A stretch of DNA of 31,167 bases, the filler included, from an uncultured virus (IMG/VR IMGVR_UViG_2061766007_001353) (lineage: Duplodnaviria; Heunggongvirae; Uroviricota; Caudoviricetes). It is 2 parts of one record of this genome, joined end to end, with 100 filler letters (N's around TTAATTAATTAA, not from the genome) between each part and the next. Parts side by side here need not be neighbours in the genome. Positions count along the whole stretch, not along the records: positions 1 to 29,461 come from IMGVR_UViG_2061766007_001353; 1 more part is not named here. One strand, given 5' to 3'. The notes beneath the pieces were generated by a model. It had not been told where the DNA came from. It saw only the letters and a program-made list of their open reading frames with translations, and ran no database searches. This document shows positions 1 through 9,152 of the stretch, in pieces; the stretch's first letter is position 1, and each line of letters begins with the position of its first letter. The translations under genes were made by a program, and so were the position numbers.

Positions 1-364
1 GATTTTCTTTCTACAGTACACGATGAAATTAACTTTACTATAGACAAAGATGTAATAGTACAATACTTACGAGAGATACAAGATATGATGACTTTCAACT
101 TAGATAGCTGGGAGTTTCCGCTAGAAACTTCTATTGACGTGGGTAATAACTATGGACAATGTTTCCCATTCAAATGGGCTGATAANNNNNNNNNNCGTAA
201 TAGTACAATACTTACGAGAGATACAAGACATGATGACTTTCAACTTAGATAGCTGGGAGTTTCCACTAGAAACTTCTATAGACGTGGGTAATAACTATGG
301 ACAATGTTTCCCATTCAAATGGGCTGATAAGGAAAGAACTAAACTAGTCCCTGATAATGTCTAG
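1..364 (+). CDS. polA: Family A DNA polymerase, C-terminal end (partial; 52-185 repeated at 197-330 across an N gap)
   Basis: Frame +1 from base 1 reads DFLSTVHDEINFT...FPLETSIDVGNNY. VHDE is motif C of family A polymerases. The second copy ends at TAG 362-364. Confidence 0.85.
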
Positions 365-368
365 GAAT

Positions 369-397
369 TAGACAACAAAATAGTTTTATGGTATAAT
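369..397 (+). promoter_or_regulatory. sigma70-type promoter
   Basis: TAGACA (369-374), 17-bp spacer ending TGG, TATAAT (392-397). Confidence 0.7.
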
Positions 398-423
398 GAA
401 CTTGTAGAGAAAGACGGTGAGTA

Positions 424-921
424 GTGTTTTATAAGGTTAGGAACTTTTTTGCAAGTACTGCAAGAATATTTAGTTATCTTCCAGTTATATGGAAAGACAG
501 AGACTGGGATTATGATTTTTTATTAGACTTACTAGAGTTTAAATTAAAGAGAATAAAAAAGTATTTTTTAGAGTCTAAAAACTGGAAAACCTTTCCAGAA
601 ACTTTAGAACTTCCAAGAGAGATACCACATACAGATCATTATTCTACTAGAGATATTATAATAGATTTGAATAGAGTTCTAAAACACATAGAAAACTATA
701 GGGGCGAAGAGTATCTAGCAGAACCTTTACCTTTCGAGATAGACTGGGTACCAACTAATAAAGGTATAGTTGTTATAAATAAGGGAACAGGGAAACCTTT
801 GAGTCAAAAAGAGGAAGAATTGTATTCTAATTTTGTTATTGCTGATCATCTAGAAAGAGAAAAAGAATACAATGCTATATTTACAGATTTAGCTAAATAC
901 AGTAGTTATTGGTGGGATTAA
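424..921 (+). CDS. Hypothetical phage protein (WKDRDWDY motif, ends SYWWD)
   Basis: 165-aa ORF directly after a promoter; similar to 3424-3951. Confidence 0.75.
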   Translation: MFYKVRNFFASTARIFSYLPVIWKDRDWDYDFLLDLLEFKLKRIKKYFLESKNWKTFPETLELPREIPHTDHYSTRDIIIDLNRVLKHIENYRGEEYLAEPLPFEIDWVPTNKGIVVINKGTGKPLSQKEEELYSNFVIADHLEREKEYNAIFTDLAKYSSYWWD

Positions 922-953
922 TTAGTAAAAGAGAGTAGTTAGGGGATAAGGGA

Positions 954-2786
954 TTGGACAATCGAGAAGAGCAAGAAACACGTAAAATATTACGTCTGTT
1001 TAAAAGTGCAATGTTGAAGGTAGGTAAAATAGAGAAAGTTTCACCTATAAGTATATCGGCAAGTCAGTATAATAGGGTATGTAGAGAGCATGATATTGAT
1101 TATGTAAAATTAGAGGTTTTGAGAACTCTTGGTGGATTTATATACTTACGAGATAATATTTTTAAAGAATTGAAGAAACAAGATAAGAAAGCTAAAAATA
1201 AAGGGCACTATAAAGATATTGTCTTAGCAACATTAAAGGACTTTATATCAGAAAAGCACAGTATACCTTCTTTTAACGAGTTCAAGAAGACTTGTAGTAT
1301 TGGTGTTAAGGGTGTTTACAAGAATATGCAAGAGGTGTTAACAGACCTGTATAAAGCATATCCGTCTCTAGAAACAGAAACACTAAATGAAAGTGTGTAC
1401 ACTGTAGATTATAAAGAAGAGATAGATGATATTATTGCTAAAAGTAACAAGTTTGTTATAACTACAGCAGTAGTAGATAAGAAAGTTGACGAGGACTTTT
1501 ATAATAGTATAAAGAACTATAGTGAAAAGACAGGTGCCGTAGTTTTAGTATTACCATGTCAGGACGTTGCAAGTAGGCATGCTGCTTTTGAATGGACTTT
1601 AGACCCTAAATTAAGAGAGTTAGGTCATGTTCTGTTTAGTAGTAAGAGGATAAATGAAAATCTTATTATTTGGGATATAAAGACTTCTGCGAAACAGATA
1701 AAGCCCATCACTGGTTTAAATAGAATGGTGCAACCATTAGATTCTAGTATCATTATTGCTTCACCAAAACAGTATTTAGAGTACACACCTACACGACCTT
1801 ATCAGATTCCACATGCTGTTATGACTACAGGAGCAATTACAGTAGATGATTATAATTCAGATTTTTATATGTCTCACAGATTGTCAAAAATTGCAGAAAT
1901 TGACCACAAATTAGGTGCTATTGTTGTAGATAAGATAGATAGCAAACGTTTTCAATTCAGGCATGTTGAAGCGAGTGAGAATAAAACTTTTACAGATATG
2001 GGTTATGAATATTTTCCAGATGGTACGGTTAAGAAGTTAGAGAATACTATTATGGTATTGGGAGACTCTCACAGCTCTACAGACATGGAGCCGTTATACC
2101 AAGAAGTATTTAAGACGATAGAAGACTTGAACATTACGGAAGTAGTATTACACGATATATTTAACGCAAGCTCTGTGTCACCTCATGATATAGGTAAAAT
2201 AGCTATACAGTCAGCAAAAGCTATAAGGGGCATATCTTCTATTGAAAAAGAAGCATACATGTTAAAAGGTTATCTAGAAAATATAGGGAATCACGTAGAT
2301 AAGGTTACAGTTGTCAAAAGTAATCATGATATGCATTTAGACAGATATTTAATAGAGGGTAGGTTTCTGTACTCACCAGAGGATTTTTATATTGGTTGCC
2401 ATTTAGCGACTAAGGTAATAGAGGGTGAGGACCCATTAAAATACCTAATGACTATGTGGGTAGGGTTAGATATAGATAATATTAAATGGTTAGGAGTTGA
2501 CGAAAGTTATAGTAGATATGGTATAGAGTTAGGGCAACATGGCTCATGGGGTGCTAATGGTGCAAAAGGTTCTAAAAGTACCTTTGATATGTGCTTAGGG
2601 AAATGTATAGTCGGACACACTCATACAGCTTCTATAGCAAGAAATGTATATACAGTAGGGATTGCTTGTAGTAAAGATCAAGGGTATAATAAAGGGTTTA
2701 GTTCTTGGACTTATACGTCTGCAGTAGTATATGAAAACGGTACTAGACAACTTATTAACTATATTCCGAGTTTTGATATTAACTAG
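954..2786 (+). CDS. T5 A1-like protein / calcineurin-like metallophosphoesterase (putative nuclease)
   Basis: Motifs GDSH, HDIF, SNHD, QHG..GANG.KGS and GHTH, plus an A1-family-like TTGAIT...GAIVV segment. Confidence 0.7.
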   Translation: MDNREEQETRKILRLFKSAMLKVGKIEKVSPISISASQYNRVCREHDIDYVKLEVLRTLGGFIYLRDNIFKELKKQDKKAKNKGHYKDIVLATLKDFISEKHSIPSFNEFKKTCSIGVKGVYKNMQEVLTDLYKAYPSLETETLNESVYTVDYKEEIDDIIAKSNKFVITTAVVDKKVDEDFYNSIKNYSEKTGAVVLVLPCQDVASRHAAFEWTLDPKLRELGHVLFSSKRINENLIIWDIKTSAKQIKPITGLNRMVQPLDSSIIIASPKQYLEYTPTRPYQIPHAVMTTGAITVDDYNSDFYMSHRLSKIAEIDHKLGAIVVDKIDSKRFQFRHVEASENKTFTDMGYEYFPDGTVKKLENTIMVLGDSHSSTDMEPLYQEVFKTIEDLNITEVVLHDIFNASSVSPHDIGKIAIQSAKAIRGISSIEKEAYMLKGYLENIGNHVDKVTVVKSNHDMHLDRYLIEGRFLYSPEDFYIGCHLATKVIEGEDPLKYLMTMWVGLDIDNIKWLGVDESYSRYGIELGQHGSWGANGAKGSKSTFDMCLGKCIVGHTHTASIARNVYTVGIACSKDQGYNKGFSSWTYTSAVVYENGTRQLINYIPSFDIN

Positions 2787-2828
2787 AAAAGTACATAATT
2801 ATATTTTATAAGGGACGGTAAATAGGAA

Positions 2829-3440
2829 ATGTTGACAAAGGTTAAAGCCTTCATAGGCTATGAAAGAAGTGGAAAAGACTACCAGTGTGATAGATTGGTA
2901 AAACAAGGTTGGAAAAAAGTGTCTTTTGCAGACCCATTGAGAAAGATAGCTTTTAAAGTAATTGGGTTAGACTTTAAAGAGGGTATGGCACAATATAACG
3001 ATTTAAAGAAAACTGAATTAATTAATGGACAAACTTTTCGTAATATTTTAGAAAATCTAGGTGAAGGTGTTCGGGAATACGATGAAGATTACTGGGTTAC
3101 AGCAGCTCTTTCTGAAATGGAAAAATCTCTAAAGAATGTATGTATTAGTGATATGAGGTACGCTAATGAGTATATAAAGGTGTACAACTGGTGTAAAGAA
3201 AAGAATATCGAGTTTAAGGCATATTTGTGTGACTACCATTCACCTGACTATAATCCGAACAACAAGCATTCTTCTACAAGTTTCGCACGTTACTTAATAG
3301 AGGATAGAATGATACATGATTTACAAGAAGTACCGTATAGTTTTGTCATAGACTACTATAATAATACGCACTTTAATAAAGTAAGTTCAGAACTTTTGAA
3401 AAAGATAGGGGATTTAAAACTTAATGGATTCGTGCATTAA
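2829..3440 (+). CDS. Deoxynucleoside monophosphate kinase-like P-loop protein
   Basis: IGYERSGKD P-loop, SFADPLR and ISDMRY.NE motifs typical of phage dNMP kinases. Confidence 0.8.
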   Translation: MLTKVKAFIGYERSGKDYQCDRLVKQGWKKVSFADPLRKIAFKVIGLDFKEGMAQYNDLKKTELINGQTFRNILENLGEGVREYDEDYWVTAALSEMEKSLKNVCISDMRYANEYIKVYNWCKEKNIEFKAYLCDYHSPDYNPNNKHSSTSFARYLIEDRMIHDLQEVPYSFVIDYYNNTHFNKVSSELLKKIGDLKLNGFVH

Positions 3441-3951
3441 CGAAGATTACTTAACAAATAAGTCAATGTGGCTTATCAACTTACCCATACCTATAGGTAA
3501 TGTTATGTTTAAATTATTACTTTTTTACAAACGGGTAGTAGGGTTGTGTAAATATATTGGTTTTTTGTGGAAATACCAGTGTACTTTAGACCACGATTAT
3601 AGGGAAATACTAGACTTAATGTGTTTTAAGCTGCAGAACGTCAGACAGCAATTTAAACAGTCTGGAAAAACGACAGAAGAACGGAACATGATACAGTCTG
3701 AACTTTTTCTCCATCAATATCTACGACCAGACTTGTATGTAACAATACCTGAATTTCTGCAGGGTAAAGATATATTAGATTTTATAGAAGTGAAAGTAGA
3801 TAGTAGTGGTGAGGTTTCTATAGAGACTAAGCTAGACGGTGAAGAGTTAGAAGCTTTTAATAAGTACAAGGGAGAGTTAATTCGCTTTAAGGAAAGCAGT
3901 TGGGAGTTTTTCTGGAGTTCTTTAGCGACAAATGCAAGAAGTTGGAAGTAA
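3424..3951 (+). CDS. Hypothetical protein, distant paralog of 424-921 (start may be further downstream)
   Basis: LWKY..LDHDY..ILDLM.FKL resembles IWKDRDWDY..LLDLL.FKL; Trp-rich C-terminus in both. Confidence 0.7.
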   Translation: MDSCINEDYLTNKSMWLINLPIPIGNVMFKLLLFYKRVVGLCKYIGFLWKYQCTLDHDYREILDLMCFKLQNVRQQFKQSGKTTEERNMIQSELFLHQYLRPDLYVTIPEFLQGKDILDFIEVKVDSSGEVSIETKLDGEELEAFNKYKGELIRFKESSWEFFWSSLATNARSWK

Positions 3952-4450
3952 ATTGAAACAATATAAGACAGTAATTTGTGACATTGACAATGTAATTTGT
4001 GATAGTAGGGAATGGGCTAAGACAGCACCATGTTGTGAAAATGACGGTTCTCATAATAGAGAAGCATGGGACGAGCACCATAAAAGAATAGATTTGATAA
4101 AAAGAAATGAAGATATTGAATCTGTTTTTCGTTTTCTTATTAAAAACGGCTTAGAGCGAGTATTTTTCATAACTTCAAGGGAAGATATAAATGGATTAAG
4201 AGAGAGTTCGGTACGACAAATAAGGGATATTTTACAAAACTTGCGTGGTTTATCGGATGTTTCATTATATTTATACATGAGGAACGCTTTAGATTACAGA
4301 CCAGCGTGGCTTTTAAAACAAGAGACGTTTTTGCAGAAAATATTTCCATATTATTATGTGGATCTAGTAATAGATGACGATATAAAGAATATAGAAATGT
4401 TTAAAACGTATAATATAGAAACATTACATTACACGAAATATTTAATATAA
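3932..4450 (+). CDS. HAD-superfamily phosphatase (PNK 3'-phosphatase-like)
   Basis: HAD motif I CDIDNV, motif II FITSR, motif III K and motif IV IDDD. Confidence 0.75.
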   Translation: MQEVGSKLKQYKTVICDIDNVICDSREWAKTAPCCENDGSHNREAWDEHHKRIDLIKRNEDIESVFRFLIKNGLERVFFITSREDINGLRESSVRQIRDILQNLRGLSDVSLYLYMRNALDYRPAWLLKQETFLQKIFPYYYVDLVIDDDIKNIEMFKTYNIETLHYTKYLI

Positions 4451-4478
4451 CCTTATTTCTTATTTATAACAGTACATA

Positions 4479-4518
4479 TTTTAGCATGCTTTTCCTCCTT
4501 TAGCATGCTTTTTCTTTT
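4479..4518 (+). promoter_or_regulatory. Hairpin / direct repeat (TTAGCATGCTTTT x2) with an anti-Shine-Dalgarno loop; possible terminator or translational control element
   Basis: AGCATGCT palindrome twice (4483-4490, 4502-4509) flanking TTTCCTCCTTT, followed by a T-run. Confidence 0.5.
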
Positions 4519-4545
4519 GACAAGTTCTGTTATTTTTGATAAACT
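4517..4545 (+). promoter_or_regulatory. sigma70-type promoter for the ligase gene
   Basis: TTGACA 4517-4522, 17 bp, extended -10 TGa-TAAACT 4540-4545. Confidence 0.65.
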
Positions 4546-4580
4546 GTAATTAATAAGAGATAAGATAGGAGGAAGTTAGC

Positions 4581-6056
4581 ATGTCTCTAACAAAAGATGA
4601 TTTATTGAAGAAAGCTTATAGCTGGAATGTTACATTGGACGAAAATATTAATTGGACAAATGAGAAACTTATAAGAAGATTAGGTTATGAGTTTCTAAAG
4701 TTCCACCCTGAATTAGATGGTTTCGGGGTACAGTATGTACAACATTTAGAAACTGTTATGTTATGTAAGCATGCTAAAGACGAAATAAAGAATTTCGATG
4801 TTCCACCTATAGAGAGTGAAGACTATGTTGCAGAATTTAAGGAAAACGGTTGTAGAATATTATTAACATATTCACCAGAGGAAGGGTTTGGTTTATTTAC
4901 ACGTAAAGAAAGTGATTTAACTTGTTTAAATAATAATATAGCGGATAAGGCACTATTTATTAAAAACGGTTTAGTGACAGAACCTAAGAAATGGGCTCAC
5001 AAATTCCCTTACAGATTTGTACTAGATGGGGAAATTTTAGCAGACGGTGATATGGTTATAGATGGGGTTCAATATAGTGAATCTAACGTAGAAGACTTTA
5101 TACAAAGTATCTTTTCTGCTAACACAGAAAAAGCTAAACAAATCCAGTTAAGCGGACATAACATAAGTTTACATATTTTTGACGTACTTTATTTCCAAAA
5201 AGACAATTTAGACTTTATTCCAAAATTTGAATATCAATATACAGAAGATGAGCTAACTAAAGAAGATGAAGATTTCATTGAGAATTATTATCATGACTAT
5301 CTAGTTTCTGCAGGTTTCATAGGTGGTAAGAAAAAGGCAAAACCAAAGAAACTATACAGTTACCTCAAGAAATTAAGACATGAATGTAAATATGACGTTA
5401 TGCATTTACCATTCATAAAACGTAGAAGTTTAAGAAAGCAGTTAGTAAATTTACTAAGTAAGAGTGGTGTACCTGTAGTTGAAGTTGACGGTAGGGACGA
5501 TATGAAAGTAACTTACTTAGAGGAAGTATTACAGGCAGGTGCAGAAGGTTGTGTTGTTAAGAATTGTCATGCACCATATATTGCTGGTTTACGTAGTTCT
5601 AGATCGCATAGAGCAGCTTTGAAATACAAACAAAGTATTAGTGAGTTAATGAACGGTGCTCAAATGTACGCAGATTTCGATGTATTTATTACAGGTGCAA
5701 ATCCACCAAAGTCACCACGTATAAAAGATATGATAGGTTCTTTAAAGTGCTCTATTTACATGATAGATGATAGTGGAGAGCAAGTAGTACACGAAATTGC
5801 AAATGTTTCTGGTATTTCACATGACTGGAAACGTGAATTAGCTGTAATAGATGAAAACGGTAAAATCACATTGAACCCTAAATATTTGAATAAAGTTATA
5901 GCAGTCGACGGTATGGCATTGTCAGGAACTTCTTTAAGATTTCATCATGCTGTGCTGAAGAACAAAGAAACTCTTGAGTTCAAGGCTAAACAACCTACAG
6001 ATTGTGTTTGGGATAAATCAACACTTGAAGATATGGTATTAGTAAGGGGGAAGTAG
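4581..6056 (+). CDS. ATP-dependent DNA ligase
   Basis: Nucleotidyltransferase motifs I EFKENGCR, III LDGEI, IIIa FDVL, IV EGCVVK and V LKYK, then an OB-fold-like tail; RBS AGGAGG. Confidence 0.85.
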   Translation: MSLTKDDLLKKAYSWNVTLDENINWTNEKLIRRLGYEFLKFHPELDGFGVQYVQHLETVMLCKHAKDEIKNFDVPPIESEDYVAEFKENGCRILLTYSPEEGFGLFTRKESDLTCLNNNIADKALFIKNGLVTEPKKWAHKFPYRFVLDGEILADGDMVIDGVQYSESNVEDFIQSIFSANTEKAKQIQLSGHNISLHIFDVLYFQKDNLDFIPKFEYQYTEDELTKEDEDFIENYYHDYLVSAGFIGGKKKAKPKKLYSYLKKLRHECKYDVMHLPFIKRRSLRKQLVNLLSKSGVPVVEVDGRDDMKVTYLEEVLQAGAEGCVVKNCHAPYIAGLRSSRSHRAALKYKQSISELMNGAQMYADFDVFITGANPPKSPRIKDMIGSLKCSIYMIDDSGEQVVHEIANVSGISHDWKRELAVIDENGKITLNPKYLNKVIAVDGMALSGTSLRFHHAVLKNKETLEFKAKQPTDCVWDKSTLEDMVLVRGK

Positions 6057-6109
6057 GTGTAGTAAGATGGTAAAAACAGGGGATGATTTTGCATTTAGNN
6101 NNNNNNNNC

Positions 6110-6322
6110 ATGATAGACGAAAATGGTAAAATCACATTGAACCCTAAATATTTGAATAAAGTTATAGCAGTCGATGGTATGGCATTGTCAGGAACTTCTT
6201 TAAGATTTCATCATGCTGTGCTGAAGAATAAAGAAACTCTTGAGTTCAAGGCTAAACAACCTACGGATTGTGTATGGGATAAATCAACACTCGAAGATAT
6301 GGTATTAGTAAGAGGAAAGTAA
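6110..6322 (+). other. Second (strain-variant) copy of the ligase 3' end, placed after an N gap
   Basis: Protein identical to the last ~69 aa of the ligase, with synonymous SNPs and a different downstream sequence. Confidence 0.8.
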
Positions 6323-6337
6323 AGGAAGGGTACGAAT

Positions 6338-7393
6338 ATGACAAAAACGAAAAATGGTATTACTTTTAGTGTAACGAGAAATGGTAAAGAGTTAGATGAA
6401 TCTCTATATACTTGGGATGGGTGGACTTCCACATTTACTACGGAAGAATGTGATTTAGTGATTGATTTTTCAGGAGTAGATGGAGTTACTTTTAATGTCG
6501 GTCGACATTGCATACTTAAAACTGGGGCTAACTGTACGTTCAAGACTGGTTTTAATTGTGCATTTATTACAGGACCTTATTGTACATTCAAGACTGGTTC
6601 TTACTGTACATTCAAGACTGGTTCTTACTGTACATTCAATACTGAAGATAGTTGTACATTTAATACTGGCTATGATTGCACGTTTGAGACTAGTATGGGT
6701 TGCACATTTAATACTCACTCTAATTGTACATTTAATACCGACTCTATTTGTACATTCAAGACTGGTTCACGTTGTACATTTAATACTGGTTCTAGATGTA
6801 CATTTATTACTGAGTTTAGCTGTACGCTTATCACTGGTTCTGGATGTGTGATAGTTCGTAGCGATACTTTTAGTGTTGACAGAATTATCGACGTAGAAAG
6901 AACCCCTGAAAATGAAGAAATTCTGTTATGCCCTATCAATATTCCAGGTTATGTACTCAATGGCTATTATTATAAAGACGACGAAAAACAATATAAGGCG
7001 ATAATAGCTGATGGTATACTATCAGAGATAATAAATCATAAAGGTAATGTATATAAAGTAAAAAATTATGGCGAAGATACTATCACGTATCTTGTAAAAG
7101 ACGGTGATATTTACTCTCATGGTAAGACATTAGAAGAAGCAAGAGAAAATTTAAAGTATAAAATTTCAAATCGTGATACGTCAATGTATAAAGGTTATAC
7201 ACTTGAAACAGAAATTACACTTGAACAAGCTATAAAAATGTATAGAACAATTACTGGATCTTGTGAGACGGGTGTAAAATATTTCGTAAAAAACAATGAA
7301 CTACCTGAAAAAATGACAGTTAAAGAGTTAATTGAAATTACACAAGGTCAATATGGTAATAGAGAATTAGTAGAATTTTTTGGGGGTAAGTAA
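6338..7393 (+). CDS. 8-aa (xCTFxTGx) repeat protein, predicted beta-solenoid, with a conserved C-terminal domain
   Basis: About 14 tandem CTF.TG repeats; paralog of 9146-9985. Confidence 0.8.
   Translation: MTKTKNGITFSVTRNGKELDESLYTWDGWTSTFTTEECDLVIDFSGVDGVTFNVGRHCILKTGANCTFKTGFNCAFITGPYCTFKTGSYCTFKTGSYCTFNTEDSCTFNTGYDCTFETSMGCTFNTHSNCTFNTDSICTFKTGSRCTFNTGSRCTFITEFSCTLITGSGCVIVRSDTFSVDRIIDVERTPENEEILLCPINIPGYVLNGYYYKDDEKQYKAIIADGILSEIINHKGNVYKVKNYGEDTITYLVKDGDIYSHGKTLEEARENLKYKISNRDTSMYKGYTLETEITLEQAIKMYRTITGSCETGVKYFVKNNELPEKMTVKELIEITQGQYGNRELVEFFGGK
6506..6847 (+). repeat. 24-bp coding tandem repeat (consensus about TGTACATTYAAKACTGGTTCTNAY), ~14 units
   Basis: Visible directly, e.g. tgtacattcaagactggttcttac twice in a row. 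Confidence 0.9.
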
Positions 7394-7810
7394 ATGCAGA
7401 TAAAGTCAGAGGAACGTGTTAAGAAGCATGGGGAAGTATTTACAAATAATAGAGAGGTAAATGCTATGCTTGACTTAATACCTAATATAACTGTTGATAT
7501 GACTTTTTTAGAACCGACTTGTGGAAATGGAAATTTTGTTGTTGAGATAATGAAACGAAAGTTTGATTTATGTAAGAAAAAACCAGATTATATACGAGCG
7601 TTAGAAAGCGTTGTAGCAATAGATATTATGGCTGATAATATCCAAGAGTGTAAGCAAAGGGTAAAAGATTTGTATTTGTCTTATGGACAAAAAGAAAACA
7701 TAGATGTTATTCTTGATACACAAATATTTCAGGGAAATAGTTTAGCAATAATGAGGTTATTGGAAAAATGCCAAGATGGACAAGTTGTTATGTTGACCCA
7801 AGAGCCATAA
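7394..7810 (+). CDS. DNA amino-methyltransferase, N-terminal SAM-binding half
   Basis: Motif X GEVFT and motif I FLEPTCGNGNF; no NPPY. Confidence 0.8.
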   Translation: MQIKSEERVKKHGEVFTNNREVNAMLDLIPNITVDMTFLEPTCGNGNFVVEIMKRKFDLCKKKPDYIRALESVVAIDIMADNIQECKQRVKDLYLSYGQKENIDVILDTQIFQGNSLAIMRLLEKCQDGQVVMLTQEP

Positions 7811-8945
7811 AAAACGAAGGACAAATGGGCTTATACAAATGCGAGAGGTGTGGTAGGCTGCATTGGTATAAAATGTGTGCAAGAAAAAGCAAAGCAGAGT
7901 ATGACAGAGGTGAGGAGCTTGAAACTCACGCATATAGTTTCATCCATACCGACGAACAGCGAAACTCCGCTTTGTTTCGGAGGTTAAAAGATATGAAATT
8001 TGACGTAATTATAGGGAATCCGCCCTATCAATTAAGCGATGGTGGGCATGGAGCAAGTGCAATGCCAATATATCATCTGTTTATTCAACAAGCAAAACGA
8101 TTAAATCCGAGATATTTAACCATGATTATACCTGCAAGGTGGTATGCTGGTGGACGTGGTTTAGAAAATTTTAGAGATGAAATGTTACATGATGATAGAA
8201 TAAGTATATTAGTTGATTATCCTGTATCTGAAGATTGTTTCCCTGGTGTGAATATTGAAGGTGGTATTTGTTATTTTTTATGGAATAGAGATGATAAAGG
8301 AATATGCCTAGTTAAGACTTATAAGGGAAATAATAAAATTTCTGAAATGAAAAGACCCTTATTAGAAGAAAATTGTAAAACTTTTATTCGATATAACGAA
8401 GCAATATCTATTTTAAGAAAAGTTCAAGCAAAAAAAGAAAAATTATTAATTGACCAAATTAGTTCAATGAAACCGTTTGGCTTACGTACTTATTTTGATG
8501 AATATGAGCAAAATGAATNNNNNNNNNNNNNNNNNNNNNNNNNNNNNNNNNNNNNNNNNNNNNNNNNNNNNNTACTCAATGGATACCTTTATATAAAGTA
8601 ATTATTTCAAGAGCTTATGGAATGGGAAATACTCAACCTTATCAGGTAATAAATAAACCAATAAATGCTGGGAAGAATTCGTGCTGTACAGAAACCTATA
8701 TAGTTTTAGGAAATTATCAAAATAAAATAGAAGCTCAAAATTTATATAATTATATTAGAACTCGTTTGTTTAGGTTCTTAGTATTGTTAAGAAAAAATAC
8801 ACAGGATGCTCCAAAACATGTTTATTCATTTGTTCCTATCCAAGATTTCAACGAAGAATGGACTGACGAAAAATTATACAAAAAATACGGATTAACACAA
8901 GATGAAATTGATTTTATCGAATCAATGATAAGACCTATGGATTAA
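7768..8945 (+). CDS. Eco57I-like N6-adenine methyltransferase catalytic and target-recognition part (one gene, broken in the ORF track by the N gap 8519-8572)
   Basis: FDVIIGNPPY, IIPARW, FPGV.IEGG. After the gap the frame TQWIPLYKVIISRAYG runs into ORF 8622-8945, which ends WTDEKLYKKYGLT..EIDFIESMIRPM. Confidence 0.8.
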
Positions 8946-8957
8946 GGAGGTGTATTT

Positions 8958-9152
8958 ATGAATACATTTAAGTTAGCAGAAGCACTCAGAGTAGATACTA
9001 CCTGTAAGAAGGAAGAAATTACTAGAATTAGAAATGAATTTGGTGTGGGTATAGAAACTGCTATGGAGTTAATTATTGAACCTAGAATAATAGCTAGAAT
9101 TGAAGAACTTGTATCTATTTTGTTAGAGGAAGTAGGTGTAGTAAGATGGTAA
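8958..9152 (+). CDS. Small hypothetical protein
   Basis: Strong RBS AAGGAGGTG before ATG; 64 aa. Confidence 0.7.
   Translation: MNTFKLAEALRVDTTCKKEEITRIRNEFGVGIETAMELIIEPRIIARIEELVSILLEEVGVVRW

Noticed and set aside
52..330. Tandem duplication of the polymerase end (likewise 6110-6322, 24634-24790 and 30675-30820)
   Set aside because: Each copy abuts an N gap and differs mostly by silent SNPs, typical of scaffolded strain bubbles rather than real duplications.
6506..6847. CRISPR-like array
   Set aside because: The 24-bp units are contiguous, in frame, have no spacers and encode a peptide repeat.
8573..8622. Separate genes or a pseudogene at 8601/8622
   Set aside because: The frame break comes from the estimated N-gap length; the post-gap frame is open into 8622-8945.
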